Below, piece after piece: positions 25,901 to 37,393 of a stretch of 43,351 nucleotides of DNA. Every line of letters starts with the position of its first letter. Within the stretch, counting starts at the first letter, position 1. A program made the position numbers and the translations under genes. Source of the stretch: Trichosphaerium sp. ATCC 40318. Lineage: Eukaryota; Protista; Tubulinea. A model generated the notes under the pieces. It was not told where the DNA came from, did no database searches, and saw only the letters and a program-made list of their open reading frames with translations. The stretch covers positions 1-43,351 of the forward strand of contig JALMLS010000512.1 in NCBI GenBank assembly GCA_038496445.1. Reading direction: 5' to 3'.

Positions 25901-26822
25901 CTGGATTTGGTACTGTGAGTTCTTTAGATGGCGGGTATTATGGCCAAGGCATCTACTTTACTGTACATGGACATGTTTCTTAATTTATTCTTAACCTATA
26001 TTGTTTAGCGTAGCCTTGAATATGCTTGCTCATATGATACATCAGGCAATGAAGAAACAACACTTGTTTTAAGTCTAGTTACTCCTGGAAATGTATATCC
26101 TGTACGCTAACTTGTGTTTATTTATTTATGACTTTAATAGGTTACAGAAAAGCCTAATGACGATTTGAACTTTAACGGCAAACCAATAAAACCAGGATAC
26201 CAGAGTCACTACACACTTGTAGACAAGAAAGGGATTGCAGTTGCCGAAGACAAAGTCAATACGGCAGTGTGCGATGAGTTGGTTGTGGCACAAGGTATTA
26301 CAAAAAAGTTGAGTACAACACAAAGTACTAATATTACCATGTTAGATGTTCAAGCTGTGGCACGATACATAATAAAAGTTAAAAAACAACCAAGAAAACG
26401 TAATACAACCAAATCAAAAAAGAGTAAACCAAAAAACATAAAAGCAACGAAAACACCAAAGAACACCACCACCGATGATGAGAGTGCCAACAAAATCAAA
26501 CTTGACATAGACTCAGATAGTGGTGATGAGTTGTCAGACGATGAAGAGAACTTGTTCAAAAACAGGTACAAACGTGCAAACGTGATCACATAGTTTCCTT
26601 ACTTACTTGTGCAGGAAATTATGGGGAGCTACAAATATGAACAAGTCAATACAACTCAAGGAAAAAGATGTGAAACTGGAACAAGGTACCAAAGAAGAAA
26701 AAAATGTGGAACTGGACAAAAAAGATGTGAAATTGAAAGAGCTGGTTGCCAAATTGAAAGAAAAAGATGCCAGAATTGCTGAACTTCTTGCTCGAATTGC
26801 TAAGCTTGAGAGTAAACAGTAG
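22952..26822 (+). CDS. ANK-UBR-PARP protein, copy 1 (ankyrin array, UBR-type Zn finger, PARP-like catalytic domain, C-terminal coiled coil)
   Basis: Start [10 protein letters not shown]. Eight 99-nt ankyrin exons (23249-24363). Zn finger WCTN...VWKCYNCKLYLCRYCVGKHTPNH...YVCQC. PARP motifs [30 protein letters not shown]. Heptad-rich C-terminus. Appears intact. Confidence 0.88.
23249..24363 (+). repeat. Array of eight 99-nt ankyrin exons with ~45-nt phase-1 introns (period ~145 bp)
   Basis: Each exon is bounded by tag|C...GCAG|gt and encodes AxxGHxxVVxILLxxxAxIExKxxxGxTxLHxA. Confidence 0.92.
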
Positions 26823-26954
26823 CTATAAAAAGTATACTGTCAGGACGTGCTTAAACGAAATTGAGTATTGCTACAATAAATGTGCCACGAAGTAGTTTTG
26901 AGCTTGCTATGTGCTAAATTTGCTGCGGGTAGTTGTAGTAACACGCACTGGCGG

Positions 26955-27150
26955 TGTCGTTGATTGTAACGTGTACTGAGGAAAAGCACAGTATATTGTC
27001 TTTGTAGTCATTATATATTAGCACCTTTTTACGGCACGTGTTTCTGTTAGGTTGAATGAAGTCTAGTGACCGTCGTTCTAATATGGGTTTGTACTACTTT
27101 CTCGCAGTCTTCTCAGAATGTTGTGTATTTCAAAGAAGTCACGTGACCAA
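26955..27150 (-). pseudogene. Duplicated 5' fragment and upstream region of the F-box/LRR gene (tandem duplication breakpoint)
   Basis: Near-identical to ~20925-21150 (gttgattgtaacgtgt...gtctttgtagtcat...cggcacgtgtttctgttaggttgaatgaag). Only the first ~17 codons are retained, with an indel. Confidence 0.8.
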
Positions 27151-27910
27151 AACCACTGCTACAAAAGATTAAACAGCAACAATCATGGCTAGAAAGTCGC
27201 ATGTCGGGAAGTTTTGCCTTTTTCGCTTTTTTTAACGCGATTTATACCACACGGCGATGTATGTGTTTTGTGATCTAATGGTGCCATTTAGAGCTGTAGT
27301 ACAGTTTTTCACTGTACTTGATCCTAAAAATAATCTTGAATGCGTAGAGCACAGTGCCAACACTCTGTTGGAGAAACCTACATATGTGTCTTTTCCTTCT
27401 GTACTTTCATAATGTTGTACCAACCGTGGACTAAAACTTATTTTTGCCATGTTTATATTTGTTTTCATTACTTGTCTGAGCCTGTTTTTACGGTGAGCTT
27501 GAAGTGTAGTTTATATGGTTTTGTAACACTGTTACATGGGTTTGTCCCATGTAGAGCCGTAATGCTTAGTGTAAAAACGAGCTTGAATGTGTTACCACAA
27601 CACAAATACTAAAAATTTGGGTCTGAGTTTAGGTGGTGCCTGTCTGGTCCTGAGACAGCCATGATTGTATAGTACTCCAGTTGCCTCTTTGACCAAATTC
27701 AATCTGAATACACGGCGCACCAGGTCTTGTTGCATTCAGTGAACAGAGTGAAAAAACGCTTAAAGGTCTACACAAGAGTGGTATTTGCCACCTCTATTTG
27801 AGCTACTTGCTGTAGTTTGTGGGGAACCGCATCCTTTAAGAAACGGCTTGTGCATCAATGAATCACGGGAACTGAAAATTAGTATATCTAACACACTGCA
27901 ACACCGCTTG

Positions 27911-30900
27911 ATGTCTGAACAAAAGCAAAGTACAGAAGAAACGCTATCGTTCGAAGGTTAGTAACAATGGAATAGGATATATTTTCACGTGCTCTATTAA
28001 AAAGTTCCACTGTAGACGAATTGGCGATACTGAGCAGACAATACGAAAGCATTACAAAAGGTGAGCTTACTCTTAACATGGTTTTAAGGTGTTTGACAAT
28101 CTGTAGAGGACCTAAATAGCAGATTATGTAACGAAAAATTTGATGAGACAATTCTATTGTATGCAGGTATGTATCTGACCGCAAAACAAACATAAATTGT
28201 ATTGTAGCACAGAATGGTCTGGCCATTATTACAACACTGTGTATACATAAGGGTGCGAACCTTGAATATACAAACAACGCTGGATGGGCACCTCTCTACT
28301 GTGCAGGTACTTGTTGTGAATGTGCACTTGTAGCACTTTTAACTTGTATTTCCAGCACGTCATGGACATAGTAATGTTGTTGAAATACTACTTGGCGCAA
28401 AAGCAGATGTTGAAGCAAAAGATAAGTATGGATGGACACCCCTCCACCGTGCAGGTACCTTATTGTTGCAATTTCAAAATTGTTGTAACTACTTGTAACT
28501 GGATACTTCTAGCACGTCAAGGACACAGTGGAGTTGTTGAACTATTACTTGGTTCAAATGCAGATATTGAAGCAAAAGATAATAATGGATACACATCTGT
28601 CCATCATGCTGGTACCTTTATTGTTGTCATATGCGCTTATTTTAACCTGTATATCTAGCACGTCATGGACACAGTACAGTTGTTGAAGTATTACTTGGTT
28701 CGAACGCAGCTATTGAAGTAAAAGACAATTACGGATATACAGCTATGCATCGTGCAGGTACCTACTTATTGTCAAGTACACGTGTAGTAACTGTGTATGT
28801 AGCACGCCATGGACATAGCAAAGTTGTTGAAACACTACTTGGGGCAAAAGCAGATATTGAAGCAACAGGGGTATACAGCTCTCCATTGTGCAGGTACCGT
28901 ATCTTATGTCAAAGTATACTTGATGTAACTTGTACCTCTAGCACGTCATGGACACACTAAAGTTGTTGAAATACTACTTGGCGCAAAAGCAGATGTTAAA
29001 GCAAAAGATAATTATGGATGTACACCTCTCCACCGTGCAGGTACCTTATTGTGAATGTAGACTTTTGGTAACTTGTACCCCTAGCACAGCATGGACATGG
29101 CGAAGTTGTTAAATTGCTACTTTGGGCAAATGCAGATATCATGGTAAAGTCTACCAATGGCTGGACAGCTCTCCATCGTGCAGGTACTTAATTGTTGTCA
29201 TTGCACTTATTTTAACTTGTACCACTAGCGCGTCAAGGACACAATGAAGTTGTTAAAGTACTACTTGGAGCAAGTGCAGGTATTGAAACAACAGACAAAG
29301 ATGGGTGGACAGCTCTCCATTGTGCAGGTACATAGTCGTTGTCATTGCACCTTCATAACTTTCTTTAGCATACTGTGGCCATAATTCTGTTCTTGTTACT
29401 TTACTGAAAATGAGTAAAGCCGTATCACTATCTACTGATACATGGCAACAGATATTTACTAAGATAATCATGGGTGTAATCGACAATAATTCCTCACTTA
29501 TTTCTGTGTTTGAAACTGTGTTGAGCTTATTCCCAAATGGTAAGCAATCACGAAAACTGTGGTTATCTTGTGGTACAATGGACAAAAGGCCACAATGGAG
29601 ACTCAATCTTGCAAAATGGTTGCAATACTTAGCACGTGTCATTTTTTTCAAAGAATTAAACATTGTAAAACTAATTTTAATCACAACAGCCAACACGATC
29701 TTATTTTAAACTTGCATTGCAAAAAGGGATTTGTTATTTAATCTGTACATATGATCGCATAGTTGTACAATCTTCGGTACCATCAATTTAGTCTGTACCA
29801 TTCAAATAACAAAGTCGATTTTAAAGAGCTTTTGGAGAGAGCAGGGAGAATTAATGGAAGGCATACTATTTGACTTGTGGACTAATACAAAACACTCGAG
29901 CTGCATTGAGATATGCAAAAACGAAGGATGGTGTACAAACTCACTTAAAATAACCAAACAAGATGGTACGTTATAATATTAACAGTGCAATTTCTTTTAA
30001 CTTGCTATCAAGTTTGGGTGTGCTATGTGTGTAATGGATTGTATTTGTGCGAGTATTGCGCTAGGAAACATATCTCTAATCACGTACTTTTTGTACTAGT
30101 GTTGGTTATTAACATGTTGTATAGAAACTAACAAAACTGTCAAATACTATTTATGTGTGTCAGTGCAAAGATTGTAAACATGGTATTAATACTACTTCAG
30201 CAAACCTTGTACTTGGTAACTCACTTGCAGGTATTCCAGGATTTTCGCCAACAAACTAACAGACTTTCAGGATTAGCAAGTGAAACCTTTTGGGACTTAA
30301 ATCCAAGATTACAGTATGCTCATCATTGGGATAGATCTAACATAAAGTCAGTGTTCTTTGCTGCTACTTGCCTAACCTTATTGCAGGGGTGCTGTTGAAA
30401 AAGCAACAGATTATAGAACGTTGAATCTGTTTGATGACAACACTGTCGCCAAGAGAGAACTTGAGTTTCTTCATCAACAACTATCAAAAATGCCTGGATA
30501 TGATAGAGTCACTGTTGTAAAAGCACTTCTTGTATGCAATGATGTCTTGAATCGTAACTTTGGAATGTACAATACAATAGTGAAACACAGACATCAGTAC
30601 GTTTAACAAATAATATTAGCTAAACGCCAAGAGACCTTACACTACTCCTTAGAGAACTTCCAAAGTTATTTTGTAAAGATGAATGGAAGCAAGACAGTCA
30701 TAAGAGAGCAGTGTCAGTGAGATTTGAAGCCCTACTCGATAACAGCTCCACTTTAGAACAGGTAATGGCAACATTCAACGTAAATCGTCTTACACAAGTA
30801 CAGTCACCAGTTTTATTGATGGTTCATGGTACATCTCCTGAAGCCGCTTTGAGTATTGTGAAAGCTGGATTTGGTACTGTGAGTTCTTTAGATGGCGGGT

Positions 30901-31840
30901 ATTATGGTCAAGGCATCTACTTTACTGTATGTGAAACTACGTCTCAAACATATGTTTCTTAAATTATTCTTAACCTGTATTGTTTAGAGTAGTCTTGAAT
31001 ATGCTTGCTCATATGATACATCAGGCAACGGAGAAACAACACTCGTTTTAAGCCTAGTCACTCCTGGAAATGTATATCCTGTACGCCAACACCAATATCA
31101 CCTTATCTTTGTATTTGTTCACAACGTAATAGGTTACGGAAAAGCCTAATGACGATTTGAACTTTAACGGCAAACCAATAAAACCAGGATACCAGAGTCA
31201 CTACACACTTGTAGACAAGAAAGGGATTGCAGTTGCCGAAGACAAAGTGAATAAGGCAATGCGTGATGAGTTGGTTGTGGCACAAGGTATTCAACTGTTA
31301 TTAATTGCAAAATACTAATGTTATCATGTTAGATGTTCAAGCTGTGGCACGATACATAATAAAAGTTGTAAAACAACCAAGAAAACATACAACCAAATCA
31401 AAAAAGAGTAAACCAAAAAACAAAAAACAACCAAGACACCAAAAAACAAAAACGCAACCAAAACACCAAAGAACGTTACCACTGATGAGGATAGTGTGAA
31501 AATCGAACTTGACATAAACTCAGATAGTGGTGATGAGTTGTCAGATGACAAAGACAACTGTTTCATAAACAGGTACACGTGATCACAGCATTTTTCTTTG
31601 TTCCTTACTTACATGTACAGGCAATTATGGGGAGCTACAAATTTGAACAAGCCAAAACAACTGAGCGCACATGACATACAAGTGCAAGTATTATCAAATA
31701 CAATCAACAAAAAAGATGCAAAACTAGAAGAAAAAGATGCGAAATTGAAAGAGCAATGCACAAAATTGAAAGAAAAAGATACTCAAATTGCTGAACTTCA
31801 TGCTCGAATTGCTAAGCTTGAGACCAAAAAGTATCAGTAA
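27911..31840 (+). CDS. ANK-UBR-PARP protein, copy 2 (possibly pseudogenising)
   Basis: Same exon structure and motifs as copy 1. Lesions: a 91-nt ankyrin exon at 28803-28893, a donor altered to TTA|GCACGT near 29632, and a 1-nt loss in an A-run near 31425. Confidence 0.8.
28208..29327 (+). repeat. Array of eight ankyrin exons (seven of 99 nt, one of 91 nt)
   Basis: Same splice-bounded unit as in copy 1. Confidence 0.9.
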
Positions 31841-32013
31841 AAAATAATATACTAGTAACTCCCAATGAAAGTTATGTGCACAATAAAGCCATATAACTTT
31901 TTAAATTAGTTTATCGCTGTGCTATTGAACCTTTTCAGGTAGTATATGTTGTTGACGTAATACTGTTTAGTTGAGTTTTATTGAAGATTGTTGGTACTAA
32001 CATTTATTTCCAT

Positions 32014-33075
32014 TTATTCCACTTCTCCAATTTCAATGGTTCTACCTGGAGCAAAGAAGTTCAGTACTTCAGTACTCTTAGCAGAAGTCCATTCTGGTTC
32101 TTTGTCAACCGGCCACACATACAAACCTGAAAAACAGAACTAAGAATCGAGTGTAGAGTCAAAAACAGCATACCTTGAATGGTTCCATTGGATCCAGGCC
32201 ATGCCCAATGATTCACACCGTACACTTGCATTTTACAATTAGTCTCTATGCACAATGCAATTACTTTTTTGCCTTCAGCAGATCTTGTCTTATCGATGAC
32301 ATGCCCTAAACAACCATGTTAAAAAAAGAAAGCGTTTTGAAAAGTGGTTACCTTTGGTATCAAAGTGGATTTGAATACGTGGATGATCATGTACAACACC
32401 ATCATATGACACGGAAGTTATTTTATAACGACGCCATTTTGGAGAGTCTGTTGCATAGCGTAGATCGATACAGCTCGTTGGTGTATCAGCATCAGAAGGA
32501 ACAGGGACTGGTTTGATCTTTGCTTGTTCTTCAGTGAGAATAGACCAAAGTTGATTATCGGTATGGTTGCTTGTGAATTGTAAAAGAGCAGCGCCTTGTT
32601 CGGTTGTTGATCCTGGGACTTCCACACATTTACCAGAGTGAACGTTGATGATTACTTTGTCTAAAAGAGAATTAATTATATTCGGAAGAAAAATTAGGAG
32701 CGTACATCCTTCATGGTCTTCAATGTACCACCTTTGAGTATTACTGCCATGCCAATAGTATGTAATGATTCGTGTACCATCCTTCTTTTCTCCGTATAAG
32801 ATATCTAGAACCTAAAAAAGAACTGTCACAGATTTTCTGACAAGTACAAATTCAACTTACATCGTTGTTGAAAGCAGTGATCTTGTATGTTTGTTTTCCA
32901 GCAACCATATCCGATTTTTCAATCTTGTAAAGCTGTTTGGCATTGTCGGTTTCTTTCAGAGTACTTTGGATAATGTCACACACTTCTTTGTGTTAGCAGT
33001 TAGTCCAGTTTGTTTCGTCTCAAATACAAGACCAGTGTATTTGTTCTTTAAGTAAACAGGTTTGTCGTAACTCAT
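32014..33075 (-). pseudogene. Ricin-B (beta-trefoil) lectin gene, left copy, frameshifted in exon 1
   Basis: Paralogue of 35990-37073. A 14-nt segment at ~32990-33003 replaces 15 nt, giving an early TGA (...ANTKKCVTLSKVL*). This could also be an assembly error. Confidence 0.72.
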
Positions 33076-33611
33076 TTTTTATGTTGTTATTTGTAGAGTT
33101 GTTGTTGCGTGTGTTGTTGAAGATTGTAATTGATATTAAGGAGGGTAACAAGTATTCTCATAACGTGAGAATGACAGTTTTTTGACCGAAGGATATTTTC
33201 AGTTAACAATTAACTAAAACAGCAATGGAGTCTGTACAGTCGCTCAATACAATCAATAAAGAAAATAACTCTTGTGCTTTGACTAAAGATGAACGACAGT
33301 TTTTATAAAAACAACCACGCAGTATTGTAGCACCTAAACAGCCACAATCCTTTTAGCATCACGTGATATTTTCCAGAGAACCAACTTATATTCACACCTT
33401 GCGTAAGTGTCTAGTGTAGTTAGGATTGCTTGTTTATGTTGAAAATTTGTTAAGATACGTCAGCTAGAGAACATGCGTGGGAAACTAAGAAGACCGAAAA
33501 CAAAACGTCACATTTTCAAAACTAATTTATTCTTTTTGTAAACAATGTACTATGAAGTCATATTCCCTTACGACAAGGTCTGCTTCAAGAGTAATAGCCA
33601 TCACTTTATAT

Positions 33612-35096
33612 CTATTCAAGCCGATTTTTATGCACAATAGAAGGACCACATTCGTCATATTCTTCTTTAGGTATACACAATTGGTCAAACATAGGTAGGG
33701 AAGAAAGTACAGAACCACCAGCCCAAACAGAGTACTTTTTCGGTTCAACGATCTCAACTTTTATATTGTCAGATGCAAGAGCACTCACCTCTTTCTTCAT
33801 GCGATCAGTAATACCTGTGAACATACTAGAACCACCAGAGAGTACGATGTTACCGTACAAGTCTTTATAGAGACCACAACCACACTTCAAGATTGAGTTA
33901 TGTACTAACTCATGAATTCCAGGTGATTTAACATCAAGCAATGAAGGTTGAAAGAGTGCTTCAGGGCATCTGAAACGCTCATTACCAACAGTTATTGTTC
34001 TACCGTCAGGGAATTCATGTGACTTCTTGATTGAAGAGGATGATTCAGCTGTGCTCATTTCTTGTTTAAAGTCAAGAGAAACATAGCAGAGCTTCTCTTT
34101 CATGTCACGAATAATTTCTCTCTCGGCTGCTACGAAAGCTTGACCATCCTTTGATGGTGAGGCAAAAGAGTAGCCGCTTTCAGAGAGTATTTTCATCAAA
34201 TAATCAGTGAGATCACGACCAGCTAAATCCATACGCATGATACAGTTATCGATGGTTCTACCTTCGAAAATAGGTACAACATGTGTTACACCATAACCAG
34301 AATCAAGAACAAGACCTGAAGATATCAAAGTTAGTAAGTACGAAAGAAAGCAAAGAATTTGTTTTTGAATTTCTTGTTTTTTTGTTAAGTTGACTAGCAC
34401 ACCTGTTGTTCTTCCAGAAGCATACAAAGACAATACTGACTGTACTTCAGCGTATAACGCCTTCAAATTGAAAGTCTCAAACATGATCTGGGTCCTCTTC
34501 TCTCTAAAGTAACAATAGGTAAGCAAAAACAACAACTTCTTTTTTCGGAATCTTCAAAAAAAACAATAAAAGTGTAAAAGGACAGTTCTGTGTACTTGTC
34601 TGCTTTTGTGGTCAATGGTGCTTCAGAGAGGAGAACTGGGTGATCTTCTGGTGTAACATGGAGTTCGTTGAAGGCGGTATGCCATATTTTCTCCATATCG
34701 TCCCAGTTGGTTACAATACCACGTTCAATTGGGTACGTCAAGGTTTGAACGGCGCGTTTGGCTTGCGCTTCTTTACTTACGTATGATTCCTCTTTTTCCT
34801 TGCTGTGAGCGACAACAGACGCGAAGATAGAACGTGGGCAGTCATCGCCAGAAAAACCAGCTTTACACAACCCGGATCCATTATCTACCACCAAAGCTTT
34901 TACTATGAATGAAATTAGAGCGTGTCCGTTGCGTTTGAGTAAAAACGGGAGTTTTAGCGTAAAACTATGCTGACACGCGCATAAATGCTATAAAACAAGT
35001 TGTGGTTGCGTCACGTATGGTTATAACGCAATGAGGTTTTGTAATACCCGAAAGGGCCTGTTAAGGCTCTTGTACCATACCATTATCGTCACACAT
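33612..35096 (-). CDS. Divergent actin (4 exons)
   Basis: [26 protein letters not shown]..., [77 protein letters not shown]. Many departures from conventional actin. Confidence 0.95.
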
Positions 35097-35989
35097 TTTA
35101 GTTTGTTGTTACGCTTGTTAGATTTTTGGTTTTCTGCTCTAGAAAATGTTACTTTTTAACCAAAAAACCATCAATTAGCCGTTCTGTTTTTAGCCGAAAA
35201 ACTGTCATAAGATTGAACAAAAAGGCCAAATGAATTTAGCAAATAACACTATGGACGGTGTTGCATGGTTCTTTAGGAGTAAACGTCATCAAAATAATGT
35301 TGACGCTCAGTTTTTGTTGCAATTGTTGAAGTGGTGGCACTGTACTTCTCGGCTACAACTTGAATTTTTAACCTGCTATGAGAGCTTACACGCACCTAAG
35401 TCCATCAGTTGTGGAATTCTTGTCTCTTTTTCAAGCTTATCTAGGCTCAAATTGGCCTATCTGACTCAACAAGCACAGTGCTTTGTTGCTGCTACTACTG
35501 CAGGCACAACAGCAGATTATTTTCAAGAACTACACAGTAGGGAATGTTAGTTGGTGTGGGATGAAATACTACGCTGGTTGATTGTAATAGCTGAATACGT
35601 GTTTCTAGTGATACACAAAAGAGAGAAAATAACGTTTCTCTGGAAAATATCACGTGTGACAAAAGGTTTGGGAGATTAGGTGTTCTGTATTTGCTCAATA
35701 GGTATTAACAGTGTATTGTTTAAGGATAGTTCATAGGTTGCTACAATACTGCATGGTAAAAAACTGTCGTTCATCTTGAGTCAATAAACGAATGTATGTA
35801 GTTATCTTATAGATTGCCTTGCGACTACCAAGACTCCATTGCTGTTTTAGTTAATTGTTAACTGAAAATATCCTTCGGTCAAAAAAACTGTCATTCTCAC
35901 GTTATGAGAATACTTGTTACCCTCCTTAATATCAATTACAATCTTCAACAACACACGCAACAACAACTCTACAAATAACAACATAAAAA

Positions 35990-37073
35990 ATGAGTTACGA
36001 CAAACCTGTTTACTTAAAGAACAAATGCACTGGTCTTGTATTCGAGACGAAACAAACTGGACAAATGGTGACAAACAAAGAAGTGTGTGACATTATCCAA
36101 AGTACTTTGAAAGAAACCGACAATGCCAAACAGCTCTACAAGATTGAAAAATCGGATATGGTTGCTGGAAAACAAACATACAAGATCACTGCCTTCAACA
36201 ACGATGTAAGTTGAATGTGTTAGTTTAATATAGTCGCAGCATACTAACAATACCTTAGGTTCTAGATATCTTCTATGGAGACAAAAAGGATGGTGCTCGC
36301 GCCATTACATACTATTGGCATGGAAACAATACTCAAAGGTGGTACATTGAAGACCATGAAGGATGTACGCTCCTAATTTCTGAATACACTTGTATCTTTG
36401 AACTAACTGTCTTTCAGACAAAGTGATTATCAACGTTAACTCTGGTAAATGTGTGGAAGTCCCAGGATCAACAACCGAACAAGGCGCTGCTCTTTTACAA
36501 TTTACAAGCAACCATACCGATAATCAACTTTGGTCTATTCTCACTGAAGAACAAGCAAAGATCAAACCAGTCCCTGTTCCTTCTGATGCTGATACACCAA
36601 CAAGCTGTATCGATCTACGCTATGCAACAGACTCTCCAAAATGGCGTCGTTATAAAATAACTTCTGTATCATACGATGGTGTTGTACATGATCATCCACG
36701 TATTCAAATCCACTTTGATACCAAAGGTGATTATTTTTCAAAGCATGACTTTTTACTTTCTTTTTTAACATGGTTGTTTAGGGCATGTCATCGATAAGAC
36801 AAGATCTGCTGAAGGCAAAAAAGTAATTGCATTGTGCATAGAGACTAATTGTAAAATGGAAGTGTACGGTGTGAATCATTGGGCATGGCCTGGATCCAAC
36901 GGAACCATTCAAGGTATGCTGTTTTTGACTCTACACTCGATTCTTAGTTCTGTTTTTCAGGTTTGTATGTGTGGCCGGTTGACAAAGAACCAGAATGGAC
37001 TTCTGCTAAGAGTACTGAAGTACTGAACTTCTTTGCTCCAGGTAGAACCATTGAAATTGGAGAAGTGGAATAA
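35990..37073 (+). CDS. Ricin-B (beta-trefoil) lectin-domain protein with an unrecognised C-terminal domain, 5 exons, no signal peptide
   Basis: QxW-type motifs: KQLY, VLDIFYGDKKDGARAITYYWHGNNTQRW, IINVNSGKCVEVPGSTTEQGAALLQFTSNHTDNQLW. About 120 aa follow, ending PGRTIEIGEVE*. Confidence 0.88.
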
Positions 37074-37393
37074 ACAGAGATAGACGTTGATAGTACCTAC
37101 AATGTAATGTACTTCAATAAAATTCAAGTAAACATTATGTTGTCAACAACTTATACACGAACTTCAGATTTGTTAAATCTACACTAGTTCTAGATATGAA
37201 CATCAGACTTGCCTATACTAATAGGCCTCCATGAAGTAGTTCTTCAAGAGAGATTGAAATAGCTTTAGTTGTTGTGTTGCTAGATTCGCCTGTCACACTA
37301 CCTGAAAAAGGTTCAATAACACAGCGATATCCTAATTTAAAAGTTCTATTTACTTTATTGTGAGTACATTACTTTTCATTATAAGTTTCAATT

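Larger units (their letters stand above)
27890..33381. repeat. Left arm of a large inverted duplication (ANK-UBR-PARP gene plus lectin gene)
   Basis: Reverse-complement homology to ~35635-41430. It ends at the shared motif cacgtgatattttccagagaa. Confidence 0.88.

Noticed and set aside
22952-26822. Naming the ANK-PARP genes tankyrase (TNKS)
   Set aside because: No SAM domain, far fewer ankyrin repeats, and an additional UBR-like finger and coiled coil; orthology is unsupported.
35230-35550. 106-aa ORF in the spacer upstream of actin
   Set aside because: No motif or clear exon structure; it cannot be supported as a gene.
37156-37296. ~140 bp present only in the right arm, considered as a MITE
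   Set aside because: No terminal inverted repeats or convincing target-site duplication; it could equally be a deletion in the left arm.
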